A stretch of DNA of 64,000 nt. Source: Clostridia bacterium. GTDB lineage: Bacteria; Bacillota; Clostridia; Oscillospirales; Acutalibacteraceae. The stretch is from NCBI GenBank assembly GCA_017532185.1, contig JAFXJO010000096.1, forward strand, positions 1,834-65,833, read 5' to 3'. The notes below the pieces were generated by a model. The model saw only the letters and a list, made by a program, of their open reading frames with translations. It was not told where the DNA came from and ran no database searches. Shown piece after piece: positions 46,793 through 57,557 of the stretch. The position numbers and the translations under genes were made by a program. Within the stretch, counting starts at the first letter, position 1. Each line of letters opens with the position of its first letter.

Positions 46793-47713
46793 TTATTCAA
46801 ACATCGGGGTTGAAAGATATCTTTCGCCGCCGTCAGGCAGAAGAACAACAATTCTTTTGCCTGCGTTTTCAGGTCTTGATGCGATAACCGTTGCCGCGTG
46901 CAAAGCCGCACCCGAAGATATGCCAACGAGAATACCTTCTGTTTTAACCGTTTTCTTTGAAGCGGCATAGGCTTCTTCGGTTGAAACGGTTATGATTTCA
47001 TCATAAATATCCGTATCGAGAATTGACGGCACAAAACCTGCACCTATTCCCATCAAACCGTGAGCACCTGCTCTGCCCTCTGAAAGGAAGGGCGAATCCT
47101 TTGGCTCAACGGCAATAATTTTTATATCGGGATTTTTTTCTTTGAGATATCTGCCCGTGCCCGTAATCGTACCGCCTGTGCCGACGCCTGCAATAAAAAC
47201 GTCAACCTTGCCATCGGTATCAGCCCAGATTTCGGGACCCGTTGTTTTATAATGTGCGGAAACGTTATCGGGATTTTCAAACTGCGCAGGAATAAAACTG
47301 CCTTCGGTTTCGGATGCAATTTCGTTTGCTTTTTCAATCGCGCCTGCCATTCCCTTTGCGCCGTCGGTCAGAATCAGCTCTGCGCCGTAGGCGGCAAGCA
47401 GCTTTCTGCGTTCAATGCTCATTGTTTCGGGCATTGTGATAATAACTTTCATTCCTTTTTGCGCCGCAAACGACGCAATGCCGATACCCGTATTGCCGCT
47501 GGTAGGCTCAATTATAACAGAATCTGCTGTTATTCTGCCGTCGGCAAGAGCCGCTTCAAGCATCTCTTTTCCAACCCTGTCTTTGGCACTGCCTGCAGGA
47601 TTCATATATTCAAGCTTGGCGATAATCTGCGCCTGCAAGCCGTTTGAAAATCTTTCAAAACTAACAAGCGGAGTGCCGCCCACAAGGTCTGCAACGCTCT
47701 TATAAATTTTCAT
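46793..47713 (-). CDS. cysK: Cysteine synthase A
   Basis: NPAGSAKDR, EPTSGNTG, GVGTGGT, GIGAGF, DGGERYLS. Confidence 0.95.
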   Translation of the reverse strand: MKIYKSVADLVGGTPLVSFERFSNGLQAQIIAKLEYMNPAGSAKDRVGKEMLEAALADGRITADSVIIEPTSGNTGIGIASFAAQKGMKVIITMPETMSIERRKLLAAYGAELILTDGAKGMAGAIEKANEIASETEGSFIPAQFENPDNVSAHYKTTGPEIWADTDGKVDVFIAGVGTGGTITGTGRYLKEKNPDIKIIAVEPKDSPFLSEGRAGAHGLMGIGAGFVPSILDTDIYDEIITVSTEEAYAASKKTVKTEGILVGISSGAALHAATVIASRPENAGKRIVVLLPDGGERYLSTPMFE

Positions 47714-47726
47714 TTTTTCATCTCCG

Positions 47727-49421
47727 TTATGAAAGACCGTACATACTCTTGCGTTCATCAATATACGGCTTCATTATATTATAGGAATGTGTCCACGCAT
47801 CTTTCACATACTGAGGATACTTGTCTTTTACGGCAAAATCTTTGTTGACCTTTTCTTCGAACGCGATATCATATCGTTCGCTTCCCATTGAACCCTTTGC
47901 AACGTCAATCCAGTCATAGTCATCGGGGTTTTCGTTGAGATAAACGATAAAATATGAGCCGTCGTTATTATCGATTCTGACAGAATCGCCTTCTTTTCTT
48001 GCAGGGTCAAACAACCATTTATCGATTTCGATACCGTAATCGATAACCGAAACCGCCATATTATATCCGTAAAGGTCTTCTACCAGCTTGAGCGCGGCTT
48101 CTTTGTTTGCGCCGTTTGCAAGAAATTCCTCTTGAGCCGCATCGGCGGAAAGTTTGTTTTCGTTTTTCATTTCTTCCGTTGCGTTATAAACGTTGGGGAA
48201 TTCACAAACAACCGCCTGATGGGTTGCAATTTCATAGGGTGTAGTCTTTATATAAACAAGACATTCATAGAGCGCACCGGGAACAAGACCGATATCGCCA
48301 ACGCTTCGGTTACCGTCAAAAATCCATTTTGCAACTTCTTCGCCAAACGTGCTGGCAATTGCATTAAAATCGATCCAGAGATATTCCGTTGCGCTTTCGG
48401 CATTATAATAGCTGTAAGGGCTGTTATTCTGAGCAAACGCAAGGAAGCTTGCTTCATCCTTTACTTTATCAAGGTCAGCCGTATCATATTCTTCTTCAAT
48501 GGGATAAAGTCTGATGCTTGCTACCTGCAGATATGCCTTGTTCTCTTTGTAATACTTATCAAGTTCCGCATCGGTTACTGCTGCTTTGTTTTTTTCAATT
48601 TCAGCTTCCTGGAATGCCGCCGCATAATAAGTCATAATGCAGTGTGCGGCATACATCTCATAGGTAATGTGCTCGCCAACCCTTGCATTAAGGTATTCTT
48701 CAAGGGTCATACCGTTGTTTTCAGCATCTTCCATTACCATTTCATATTCATAAATCATTCTCTGGAAGTGACCGTCGGTAAGCTCAATTTTGTTTTCAAC
48801 CGCAGACTCAAAAGCGGTAAAATAGAACTGCATATCCTTGATGGCATTTTCTGTGAATTTATCCGCCCAGGTGTAGTTATTATCCTTGCTGCCGGGATAT
48901 TTCTGTGCAGAGGGAGCCTGATTATAGTCAAAGCCCGTGGTATTCACCTGACCCTTGCTGTCCATAATAATGCTTTCGCTTGTTTTATCAACGCAGGCAT
49001 AGTTATAATACATTTCGAATCTCGGACGCGAAACCTGATAATCGCCTATGCTCATTGCAACGCCGTATTTCTTGCAGGCTTCCGCATTGTCAATTTCTGC
49101 CTGGTTAAGAATAACCGCAATCTGAGCAGGCATTTTGAGACCTCTGTAATCAACGTATTCATATTTACTGTCTTCAGGCGGTTCAACCGTCTGGAAGTTA
49201 TGGGTAACAGCTTCCTTTGCAGCAGCTTCGGTAACAGGCAGAGTTGTGGCAGTTGCCCCGCCGCCGTTGTTTTTTGACGCTTTAACGGCAAAAACAACAG
49301 CAACGATAATCAGAATAACCGCCGCAACGGATGCGCCGATGATGATTGCGTTTTTGTTGTTGTTTGTTTGTTTGCGTGCATAAGCAGGCACGTTTTTCTT
49401 TGTGTTTTTCTTGTTACTCAT
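47727..49421 (-). CDS. Membrane-anchored SurA/PrsA-like foldase-type protein
   Basis: N-terminal TM, helical SurA-like region, two 'KW.FD..R..GD' parvulin-like repeats. Confidence 0.55.
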   Translation of the reverse strand: MSNKKNTKKNVPAYARKQTNNNKNAIIIGASVAAVILIIVAVVFAVKASKNNGGGATATTLPVTEAAAKEAVTHNFQTVEPPEDSKYEYVDYRGLKMPAQIAVILNQAEIDNAEACKKYGVAMSIGDYQVSRPRFEMYYNYACVDKTSESIIMDSKGQVNTTGFDYNQAPSAQKYPGSKDNNYTWADKFTENAIKDMQFYFTAFESAVENKIELTDGHFQRMIYEYEMVMEDAENNGMTLEEYLNARVGEHITYEMYAAHCIMTYYAAAFQEAEIEKNKAAVTDAELDKYYKENKAYLQVASIRLYPIEEEYDTADLDKVKDEASFLAFAQNNSPYSYYNAESATEYLWIDFNAIASTFGEEVAKWIFDGNRSVGDIGLVPGALYECLVYIKTTPYEIATHQAVVCEFPNVYNATEEMKNENKLSADAAQEEFLANGANKEAALKLVEDLYGYNMAVSVIDYGIEIDKWLFDPARKEGDSVRIDNNDGSYFIVYLNENPDDYDWIDVAKGSMGSERYDIAFEEKVNKDFAVKDKYPQYVKDAWTHSYNIMKPYIDERKSMYGLS

Positions 49422-49439
49422 TGTCTTTCCTCCCGGAAA

Positions 49440-49619
49440 TCAGTTTTGTTTTCTGACAACTTTATATTCATCGTAAGGTGTAAAATACGGACACTCGAAT
49501 GAGCCGCCCTGCATAAATCTGTAGAGCTCGTCCTCATCAAGATTAACGCCGCATTCATAGCACTCATATTCTTCGTTATAATCATAATATGCGCAGTTAT
49601 CGCAGATACTTGATGACAT
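49440..49619 (-). CDS. Small Cys-rich protein (DUF6472-like)
   Basis: CDNCAYY..YEC..NLDEDE..CPYF..YDEYKVVRKQN; GAGGTG RBS. Confidence 0.75.
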   Translation of the reverse strand: MSSSICDNCAYYDYNEEYECYECGVNLDEDELYRFMQGGSFECPYFTPYDEYKVVRKQN

Positions 49620-49631
49620 AAAAATCACCTC

Positions 49632-50132
49632 TCAATAGATGGGGATAATAATTTCTTTTTCAATTTTTTTAACTCCGTCCATACCCAGATCTCTCAGATG
49701 CGGACCGAAAAACAAACCCGGCGCTCTGCCTGAGGGATAAAGGTCAAGAAGCGGCGCCATAACGAACGCTCGCTCAAGAATTCTCGGGTGCGGCACCGTC
49801 AGCTCATAGCTTTCGCTCTTGAAGCCCTCATAAAGAATGAGGTCGAGGTCGATGATTCTCGGCTCGTTCTTTTTTGTGCGGTGTCTGCCCATTGCCGCTT
49901 CGATGCCGAGACATTCACCCAGAAGAAGCGAAGGCGACGCATTTGTTTCAACAAGAATTGCCGCATTATAATATTTATCGCTCTCATCGCAACCTATCGG
50001 CTCGGTTTCATAAACCGCCGAGGCTCTGAGAATTTTAACCTCTGATAAACGGGCAAGGGCTCTGACGGCAGCGTTGATATTTTCAATTTTATTGCCGAGG
50101 TTTGAACCCAGCGCAATAACCGCTTCACTCAT
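49632..50132 (-). CDS. folK: 6-hydroxymethyl-dihydropterin pyrophosphokinase
   Basis: ALGSNLG, YETEP, PRIIDLDLI, LTVPHPRILERAFV. Confidence 0.93.
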   Translation of the reverse strand: MSEAVIALGSNLGNKIENINAAVRALARLSEVKILRASAVYETEPIGCDESDKYYNAAILVETNASPSLLLGECLGIEAAMGRHRTKKNEPRIIDLDLILYEGFKSESYELTVPHPRILERAFVMAPLLDLYPSGRAPGLFFGPHLRDLGMDGVKKIEKEIIIPIY

Positions 50133-50502
50133 TGCAAAAATCCTCCCGTTTTCTGTGAATTTCAACGCCGACCCAATCAAAATCGGCTTCAATGGGTGCA
50201 TCGGGTTTTTTGAGAAGAATACGAAGCTCGCTGATTCTTTCAAACGATGCAAAAAGCTCTTTTGCAACCCTCTGCGCCGCACGCTCAATAAGGTCATCTT
50301 TTTGAGCAGTAAAGGTTTCGGTAATATGCTCGACCATAAGAGCATAATTCACCGTATCCTCAACGTTATCGCTCTCACACGGCTTTGAAATATCAACAAA
50401 CGCATCGATATCAAAAATAAAAAACTGTCCGTTTGCCTTTTCTTCCTCCAAAACGCCGTGATGAGCAAATATTTTAAGGTTCCTGATTAAGATTTTATCC
50501 AT
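50125..50502 (-). CDS. folB: Dihydroneopterin aldolase
   Basis: HHGVLEEEK..GQ.F..D, DTVNY, LIER, KPDAPI. Confidence 0.93.
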   Translation of the reverse strand: MDKILIRNLKIFAHHGVLEEEKANGQFFIFDIDAFVDISKPCESDNVEDTVNYALMVEHITETFTAQKDDLIERAAQRVAKELFASFERISELRILLKKPDAPIEADFDWVGVEIHRKREDFCNE

Positions 50503-50503
50503 A

Positions 50504-51337
50504 TCATTCACCCCTGTTTCTGAAAAGCGCATCGGCAACCCTTGCCGCCTGAACTGCGCCCGCAACGTCGTGCGCTCTGATTATATCCGCGCCTGCCGCA
50601 ATCGCCGCGGTATGGGCAGCAACCGTTCCGGGGTCGCGCAGAGCACTGTTATCCTCACCGCTTGCGATACCGATAAACCTTTTTCTTGATGCCGCAACAA
50701 GAAGCGGAACTCCCTTGAACTTAAGCCACCCAAGGTTGCGAAGAATTTCAAGGTTATCCTCATAACTCTTGCTGAAGCCCAGACCGACGTCAAAACAAAG
50801 CTGTTCTTTGCAAAGACCTGTTTCAGCCGCAAGGCTGAGAGCATCGAGAAACGTTTTTCTTATATCGCTCACAACACCGTCTTTATATTCCTGAACGGTA
50901 TCGGAGCCGCAGGGATTATGCATAACAACGTAACCTGCACCGTATTGCTTTGCAAGCAATGCCATTTCAGCATTGAATTCGCCGCTGACGTCGTTGATGA
51001 TACTTGCGCCTGCTTCAAGCGCCGCTTTTGCAACCGACGGATAAAAGGTGTCAACCGAAAGCGGTACGCCGAGCTTGCCTTTGAGCGCTTCAAGAGCAGG
51101 TGAAATTCTTTCAAGCTCCTGCGTTGCGGTCAGAATTTCAGCACCGGGTCTGGTTGAGTTTGCGCCAAGATCGATTATATCCGCACCCTGCTCCTGCATT
51201 TTCAGAGCGTGAGCAAGCGCCTGCTCGGGAGTGTTGAATTTTCCGCCGTCTGAAAACGAATCGGGTGTATAGTTGAGAACACCCATAACGTATGTTCTTT
51301 TGCCGAGGGGCAAAGAAAAATCGCGTGCCTTAAACAT
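50504..51337 (-). CDS. folP: Dihydropteroate synthase
   Basis: MGVLNYTPDSFSDGG, STRPG, SRKRFI, IIRAHDV. Confidence 0.95.
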   Translation of the reverse strand: MFKARDFSLPLGKRTYVMGVLNYTPDSFSDGGKFNTPEQALAHALKMQEQGADIIDLGANSTRPGAEILTATQELERISPALEALKGKLGVPLSVDTFYPSVAKAALEAGASIINDVSGEFNAEMALLAKQYGAGYVVMHNPCGSDTVQEYKDGVVSDIRKTFLDALSLAAETGLCKEQLCFDVGLGFSKSYEDNLEILRNLGWLKFKGVPLLVAASRKRFIGIASGEDNSALRDPGTVAAHTAAIAAGADIIRAHDVAGAVQAARVADALFRNRGE

Positions 51338-51903
51338 CAGGGTCTTCCTCCGGTAAGAAGTGATATTGCTTCTGCTCTTGTTCTTGCATCGGAACGCATA
51401 ATGCCCCTGAGCGCCGAGGTTCTTGTTTCTGCGCCCGAAGCTCTGGCGCCTCTCATTGTCATACAGAGATGCTCCGCCTCAACAACAACCGCAACGCCTT
51501 TGGGTTCAAGATTATCAAAAAGGAAATCCGCAATCTGCGCCGTAAGACGTTCCTGAAGCTGAGGTCTTTTTGCAAAGCTCTCGGTTATTCTTGCAAGCTT
51601 TGAAAGACCGATAACCTTGCCGTCTGTGGGGATATATGCAATATGAGCCTTTCCCATAAAAGGAATAAGATGATGCTCGCACATTGAATAAAGAGGAATA
51701 TCTCTGACGATAACCATTTCTTCGTTATCCTTTTCATTGAAAAGCTTGAGATGACGGGTAGGGTCATCCTCAAGACCTGCAAAAATCTCCTCATACATTC
51801 TTGCAACTCTTGCAGGAGTTTCAACAAGACCCTCTCTGTCGGGGTCTTCGCCGATGGCAATAAGAATTTCTCTGACTGCCGCCTCTATTCTCGGTTTATC
51901 CAT
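51337..51903 (-). CDS. folE: GTP cyclohydrolase I
   Basis: [35 protein letters not shown]. Confidence 0.97.
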   Translation of the reverse strand: MDKPRIEAAVREILIAIGEDPDREGLVETPARVARMYEEIFAGLEDDPTRHLKLFNEKDNEEMVIVRDIPLYSMCEHHLIPFMGKAHIAYIPTDGKVIGLSKLARITESFAKRPQLQERLTAQIADFLFDNLEPKGVAVVVEAEHLCMTMRGARASGAETRTSALRGIMRSDARTRAEAISLLTGGRP

Positions 51904-51922
51904 AAAAATATCTTCCTCTCTG

Positions 51923-53092
51923 TTACTCGGTTTTCGGAATAACGGCAAAAATCATATGCACGTCATCCGTAATATAACCTGTTGTTTTTGTTGAAAAACT
52001 GAATTCTGAGCCGCTTTTTGCAAGCTTCAGAACAGTATAAATTCTTTCCTTTTTCAGTAAATCCTTAACCGCTTTATCATAAGCCTCTTCGTTGCCGAAG
52101 CGGAAATAAACCGTTTGGTTGCCTTTGCTCATCTCGCTCACAACAACGTCTGAAAGCGTCTGCTCAAGAGAACGGTCATAGCTCTCAAAATACGCTCCCG
52201 TTTTAACAAAATAATTTGCCTGCATCGCATTGCATCCGAAATCATAAGAAAGCTCGGAGTGTGTTCTGAGAAGCGTTTCACTGTCAACGTTGAAATAAAT
52301 ATAGGTCTTTGACTGTTCTCCGCTGCCGTCAACGGGGTCATCCCAGGTGCAGTCAAGATAATATTTTTCGCCGTCAAGCGTAACAACGTTCCACATATGC
52401 GGACCTCTGCCGCTTGTTTCGCTCTCGGAATATCCGCTGACAATCGCATTTTCGATTCCCGCTTTATCAAGAAGCAGCTTTGCCGCCTTTGAATAACCTT
52501 CGCACGCACCCGAACCGTTAACAAGAACGCCGTAAGCCGTTGAGCCGAGGTTTTCATCAAGAACGTAGGTGCAATTATCGATAATATAATCGTGGATTTC
52601 AAGCTCGGTCTGCCATTGGTCGGCAGGATTCGTGAAAGACGCGGCAACCTCTCTGCAAACGGAATCAAGCTCGTTCTTCATTCGTTTATAATCATTTTTT
52701 TCAATGATATAGTCAACCGAAAACCACGTATCGTTTCCAACTGCACGCAGAACGCATTTTCTTCCCACGAAAAATAAATCAGGGTTATCGCTCATAAGAG
52801 CATAAAAAACCGCGTCAAGCTCTTCTGAATCAATGCGGTTGATGGCAATTTCATCGGGCATTGAATAGATGCTTTCGAGTATTAAATTATAAGCGTGTTT
52901 GCCTTCGTTGCTCAGCTGAGAAAACCAGAATTTATATTCGCCGCCGTAATCGGAAAGCTCAAGAGCTTCAACGCTCACGTCAATGGCAGGCTCTTGGGAA
53001 ATATTCTTTACGCTGAAAACAAAAAGCAAAACCGCCGCCGTTGCCGCCGCTGCCGATATGGCGGCTAAAATATAAAGAATTATTTTTTTCAT
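51923..53092 (-). CDS. Membrane-anchored transglutaminase-like protein
   Basis: Cys-His-Asp triad: [19 protein letters not shown]. Confidence 0.85.
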   Translation of the reverse strand: MKKIILYILAAISAAAATAAVLLFVFSVKNISQEPAIDVSVEALELSDYGGEYKFWFSQLSNEGKHAYNLILESIYSMPDEIAINRIDSEELDAVFYALMSDNPDLFFVGRKCVLRAVGNDTWFSVDYIIEKNDYKRMKNELDSVCREVAASFTNPADQWQTELEIHDYIIDNCTYVLDENLGSTAYGVLVNGSGACEGYSKAAKLLLDKAGIENAIVSGYSESETSGRGPHMWNVVTLDGEKYYLDCTWDDPVDGSGEQSKTYIYFNVDSETLLRTHSELSYDFGCNAMQANYFVKTGAYFESYDRSLEQTLSDVVVSEMSKGNQTVYFRFGNEEAYDKAVKDLLKKERIYTVLKLAKSGSEFSFSTKTTGYITDDVHMIFAVIPKTE

Positions 53093-53100
53093 AGCAATCC

Positions 53101-53988
53101 TTATCTGCCGCTTCGCTCGTTGAATTCTTCGGGATATGCGGCAATTTTGCTGTCTCTTATGCCGTTTTGCATAAGCTGAATAATGCCTTCTTCTTCTGCC
53201 GAGAAATCAACAATGGTCATATCGGTTGTGAAACTGTTTGTTATTTGTGAGAAGATTTTGCTTCTCTTTTCGGTGTTTGCTTCGTTGAAAATTCCGCCCA
53301 GAATTTCAAGCATCGCCGCCGACTGCTTTTCTCTTCCGTCTGCGCCGAGAGTTGTAAGATAGAGCATATATTTATAAAGCGAATCGCCCTTGATAATCTG
53401 GTTGCCCTTTATGAGAACAAGATTTATCTGCTCTGTTTTATATTCAATCTGCTCGGGAACGGTTATTTTGATACCGCCGAAATAGTTGACAAAAGTTTTG
53501 AAATCAGTCGGAGTTGCCGCGGCATAACGGTCAATGTTTATGTCGTACGCCGCCTCCAGAGCCGAAACAAGCGCTCTTTCTCCCGATTTTGCATAGATTG
53601 ATTCGGGGCTTTCGCCGCCGTTTTCGGTTGCCTGAATAACAGAATCGGGGTCAACGGAAAGTACCGTAACTCTGCATTGCGGCATCTCAACCTTGACAAG
53701 ATTCATGAAATGAACAGTCTGCCTGTCGGACTCCGCGCAAAGAAGCAGAAAAATTCTGTCTGCCTTAAAGTTTACGGGCTTTGTTTCGCTGACCGCCTCC
53801 GCTGAGGTCGATTCTTTCTCAAAGCCGAAAGCCGTATCAACGTCGTAATCGCTGTTTTTCAGTATAACCGCCAACGAAACCGTAAGCACCGCCAGAACGC
53901 AGATAACCAGAATAAACCAGAATTTGCGAGCACCGCCCGAACCGCTTCGTTTTTTGGTTTCAAAAACAAGGTTGTTTCTCCTTGCCAT
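53101..53988 (-). CDS. LytR-CpsA-Psr (LCP)-like protein, divergent
   Basis: N-terminal TM; INIDRYA..F..FVNYFGGIKITV..KGNQIIKG LCP core. Confidence 0.7.
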   Translation of the reverse strand: MARRNNLVFETKKRSGSGGARKFWFILVICVLAVLTVSLAVILKNSDYDVDTAFGFEKESTSAEAVSETKPVNFKADRIFLLLCAESDRQTVHFMNLVKVEMPQCRVTVLSVDPDSVIQATENGGESPESIYAKSGERALVSALEAAYDINIDRYAAATPTDFKTFVNYFGGIKITVPEQIEYKTEQINLVLIKGNQIIKGDSLYKYMLYLTTLGADGREKQSAAMLEILGGIFNEANTEKRSKIFSQITNSFTTDMTIVDFSAEEEGIIQLMQNGIRDSKIAAYPEEFNERSGR

Positions 53989-54014
53989 ATCTATCACAGC
54001 TTAAACGGCAGAAA

Positions 54015-55880
54015 TCAAATGCTTTCCGCCTTCTTAATAATTATTGCCGCAGTATTTTCGTCAAGATATAATTCTCTGCCGCAAACAGAACCGCCCGTAA
54101 GGGCTTCATATCCGTCTTCGGGAAGATAATAAACGATTGAATGGCTGTTGCGGTTTGCAACGGTCATAATCTTTTCGCCCCTGCCTCTTCTCTCATAGGC
54201 AACGCAACCCATCGCCGCCGAAACGGGAACAAATTCGCCGTCTTTAAACACCTCGTGCTCCTTGCGGATTCTGCCGAGAGTTTTAAAATGTTTTGTAAGC
54301 TCCTCATCCTCTTTACCCCAGGGATAACATCCTCTGTTGAACGGGTCTTCGCCGCCGTCTGCACCTGCTTCGTCACCGTAATAAATGCAAGGTACGCCGG
54401 GAAGCGTAAACTGCATCGTTGAAATAAGTCTTAACAGCTTTTTGCCGTTTTCTTTTTCTCTTTGCGAAAGTCCCCCGCTGTAACGGTTGAGATGGTCGGA
54501 ATAATATCCGCCGCCCGTTGCAAGACGGTTGAGCACTCGGCAAGTATCGTGGGTGCCGATATGATTCATCAGGCAGTCCACCGCCGGCTTGGGATAGTTT
54601 TCGCAGATTTCAGCAATTCTGTCGTTAAAGCCTTCCGCCACACCTCTGATTGCAAAATCAATCAGCAAATCGGCAAAAGGATAATTCATAACCGAATCAA
54701 GCTGTGCTCCCTGCAGATAGCGGCGGCGCTCGCCGTAGCTGACCTTGTTGGAAGCATCCTCCCAGACCTCACCCAATATATATGCGTCATCTTTCTCCGC
54801 TTTGACTGCCGCACGCAATGCATCGAGAAATTTATCGGGCAATTCATCGGCAACGTCAAGTCTCCAACCGCTTGCTCCCAGACTGAGCCACTTGCGAAGA
54901 ATACCGTTTTCGCCTGCGATATATTCGATATATCCGTCGTTTTCTTCGCTGATTTCAGGCAGAATATCAACGCCCCACCAGCTTTCATAATCATCGGGAT
55001 AATTTCTGAATTTATACCATTCATAATACGGCGAATCGGGTGAATTATAAGCTCCGCCGTCGCCGTATCTTTTTTCTTTGTTGAAATAACGGCTGTCAGC
55101 ACCCGTATGGCTGAAAACACCGTCAAGAACAATTCTTATGCCGTGGCTTTCCGCGCTTTTGCAGAGGGATGCAAAATCGTCTTCATCGCCTAAAAGCATA
55201 TCGATTTTTTCATAATCCGCCGTATCGTAACGGTGGTTTGAATGAGCTTCAAAAATCGGGTTGAGATAGATGCAACCCACGCCGAGCGATTCAAGATAGC
55301 TGAGTTTCTGCTCAATGCCATCAAGGTCGCCGCCGAAATAATCGTATTTTGTTATCTTGCCGTCGCAATCAGGCTCCCACATCGGCTTGCCGCCCCAATC
55401 GGAGCGCATAATCCTGTCGGAAGGAATATTCTTTTTCTCTTTGCCCGAAAAATTGAATCTGTCGGGAAAAATCTGATAGATAACGGAACCTTTTATCCAG
55501 TCGGGAGTTTTGAAATCCTCAGAATAAACAGTAAGCTGAAAACTCGAGCCATAGAGCGAAATTCTGCCTGTTGAGTTTTCGGCTTTTGTAATAAGACTCT
55601 CGCCCTGCGGATTTTTAACGGTAAATCTGTACCAATAAAGACCCTGCTCCGCAGCGGTGAAGCTGACTCTCCACCATTCTTCGTCGGTACCCTCCATGCA
55701 CTCCCACTGCATCGGATAAACTTGAATATCACCTGAATCCGATTCAACGGTAAGACTTGCACCGATACAACCGAAGCTTCGGGGCATAACTATGCGCAGA
55801 GTAACCTCTTCACCCTCACAAACCGCGCCGAAGGGAGATTTATGGTATGTCTGCCGTGAATTATAAGGAATAAAATCCAT
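54015..55880 (-). CDS. GH13 alpha-glycosidase (neopullulanase/amylopullulanase-like)
   Basis: YQIFPDRF, DGVFSH, GWRLDVADE, GEVWED, GTHDT. Confidence 0.92.
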   Translation of the reverse strand: MDFIPYNSRQTYHKSPFGAVCEGEEVTLRIVMPRSFGCIGASLTVESDSGDIQVYPMQWECMEGTDEEWWRVSFTAAEQGLYWYRFTVKNPQGESLITKAENSTGRISLYGSSFQLTVYSEDFKTPDWIKGSVIYQIFPDRFNFSGKEKKNIPSDRIMRSDWGGKPMWEPDCDGKITKYDYFGGDLDGIEQKLSYLESLGVGCIYLNPIFEAHSNHRYDTADYEKIDMLLGDEDDFASLCKSAESHGIRIVLDGVFSHTGADSRYFNKEKRYGDGGAYNSPDSPYYEWYKFRNYPDDYESWWGVDILPEISEENDGYIEYIAGENGILRKWLSLGASGWRLDVADELPDKFLDALRAAVKAEKDDAYILGEVWEDASNKVSYGERRRYLQGAQLDSVMNYPFADLLIDFAIRGVAEGFNDRIAEICENYPKPAVDCLMNHIGTHDTCRVLNRLATGGGYYSDHLNRYSGGLSQREKENGKKLLRLISTMQFTLPGVPCIYYGDEAGADGGEDPFNRGCYPWGKEDEELTKHFKTLGRIRKEHEVFKDGEFVPVSAAMGCVAYERRGRGEKIMTVANRNSHSIVYYLPEDGYEALTGGSVCGRELYLDENTAAIIIKKAESI

Positions 55881-55901
55881 CTTGCTGCTTCCTTTGAAAA
55901 A

Positions 55902-56165
55902 TTATTGAAAAGCGCCGTTTGTTACGGGCGGTGCCGTATAGGACATTTCGGTTATGCGCACAAGCACGTCGGTCACAAAATAACCCGCCGCTATCAGCAC
56001 CATAATACCGAGTACAAGCAGTATAATATTAATTATCCGCCTTTTTTTGACTTTTTCTTCGTAACTCGGCTCTGAGCCGAAATGCGTCGAAAACTCGGTT
56101 ATGCTTTCACGTTGAGAAGGCTTGAGCGCTTTTTCGATAACGCCTTTATTTTTGTTTTTTGCCAT
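55902..56165 (-). CDS. Small single-TM membrane protein
   Basis: AGGTG RBS before MAKNKNK; basic patch followed by a hydrophobic helix. Confidence 0.7.
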   Translation of the reverse strand: MAKNKNKGVIEKALKPSQRESITEFSTHFGSEPSYEEKVKKRRIINIILLVLGIMVLIAAGYFVTDVLVRITEMSYTAPPVTNGAFQ

Positions 56166-56178
56166 AATTTCACCTTTT

Positions 56179-56772
56179 TTACATAAAGAGTGAGGAATCC
56201 GCAAAGCCTGCAAACGCAAGAGAGAGCAAGCCAACGTAGACCAGCATTGCAGGTGTGCCTCTGAAAGCTTCGGGAATATTTTCGTTTTTATCAAGAGCCG
56301 CAGAGCCCTTGCTGATAAGCGCCGCGGCAAGCACAAACGCTATGCCTGCACCAAGACCCGAGCCGATTGAATCGGCAAAGGAATAAGCGGCTGAGTCATT
56401 GATGAACGGAACGGCAAAAACAAGCGTATTGAGTGCCGCAATGCCGAGCGTTCCGAGGAATTTATCGGTTACTCTGAAAATCAGCTTGAGAATAACGCAA
56501 ATCAGAATATAAACCGCCGCAAGAATGCCGCCGTAAACCGCCGCTTTGCCTGCAAACGGCATTGCTCCAAAACCGATAACGGTATTGAGCAGACTGCAAA
56601 TAACGCTTGTTACAACCGAAAAGCCCGAAATCATTGCGGCAAATTTGCCGAACATACCGGGTTTTGTTGAAACTCTGATGGCTTCGCTCATACCCAGACC
56701 CGAATTGAGAACAAGATTCTGAACAAACACCGTGAAAAGGGCTGTTATCAGCAAATCGGAAACCATTTTCAT
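56179..56772 (-). CDS. RnfA/RsxA-like membrane subunit (divergent)
   Basis: FVQNLVL..GLG, GSGLGAGIAF, IPEAFRGTPA..GLLSLAFAGF; both canonical Cys absent. Confidence 0.75.
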   Translation of the reverse strand: MKMVSDLLITALFTVFVQNLVLNSGLGMSEAIRVSTKPGMFGKFAAMISGFSVVTSVICSLLNTVIGFGAMPFAGKAAVYGGILAAVYILICVILKLIFRVTDKFLGTLGIAALNTLVFAVPFINDSAAYSFADSIGSGLGAGIAFVLAAALISKGSAALDKNENIPEAFRGTPAMLVYVGLLSLAFAGFADSSLFM

Positions 56773-57557
56773 TGTTCGCCGCCCTCCTCTTCGGGTAAAT
56801 CTATGCCGAGAGATTTAAGAAAATCTCCGAGGTCTGCATCGGAAGAGCCGAGAAAACCGAAATCTTCTTTTGCTTTTTCTTCAATTTCACTCACAGCTTC
56901 TTCTGATTCAAAAACCTCTTCAGCCTTTGCCTCTTCTTCCGTTTCAAAGTCAACGGGAGACATCTTCGCTGAAACCGCCTTTAAGCCCGCGGCAAGAAAA
57001 CCGAGAAGAATAAGACAGCCGAAGGGCAGTGTCATACCCTTGAGAGTTACGGGTATATTGACCGCAACGCCTGCAAAGGTTGCGCGTCCCAGAATTTCTC
57101 TGACCGCGCCCGTGATAAGAAAGATTGCGGATATACCGATTCCGCTTGCAAGGGCGTCATAAAAAGCAAGCTTCATATCGCTCTTAACCGCAACCTGCTC
57201 GCAATGCACAGCAACAACGGAGTTGATTGCCGTAAGCGGCAGATAAATCTTCATGCCGAGGCTGATTTCGGCGAGAGAATAGGTCTCGAGATAATAAAGA
57301 ACAGGGCAAACAATGGCAAGACCTGTAAGAAGATACAGGGACATTCTTATCCATCGCGGAAGATTTCTGAAAAACAGGCTTGCAAGAACGCTTATCGCCA
57401 CAAGCTCCACGCACATCGTTGCCGACAGCATTGCCGCCTGCAAAAACGTGGTTGACGCCGCGATTACGGGGCAGAGACCTACAAGCTGAACGAGAACGGG
57501 ATTATATAAAACCGCGCCTCTTTTGAAAATTTCTTTGAAAGAAACGTTATTACTCAT
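56769..57557 (-). CDS. RnfE/RsxE-like membrane subunit with acidic tail
   Basis: NPVLVQLVGLCP, YLPL, GAVREILG. Confidence 0.8.
   Translation of the reverse strand: MSNNVSFKEIFKRGAVLYNPVLVQLVGLCPVIAASTTFLQAAMLSATMCVELVAISVLASLFFRNLPRWIRMSLYLLTGLAIVCPVLYYLETYSLAEISLGMKIYLPLTAINSVVAVHCEQVAVKSDMKLAFYDALASGIGISAIFLITGAVREILGRATFAGVAVNIPVTLKGMTLPFGCLILLGFLAAGLKAVSAKMSPVDFETEEEAKAEEVFESEEAVSEIEEKAKEDFGFLGSSDADLGDFLKSLGIDLPEEEGGEQ

Noticed and set aside
48132-49277. 381-aa plus-strand ORF
   Set aside because: Antisense shadow of the 564-aa foldase-like gene.
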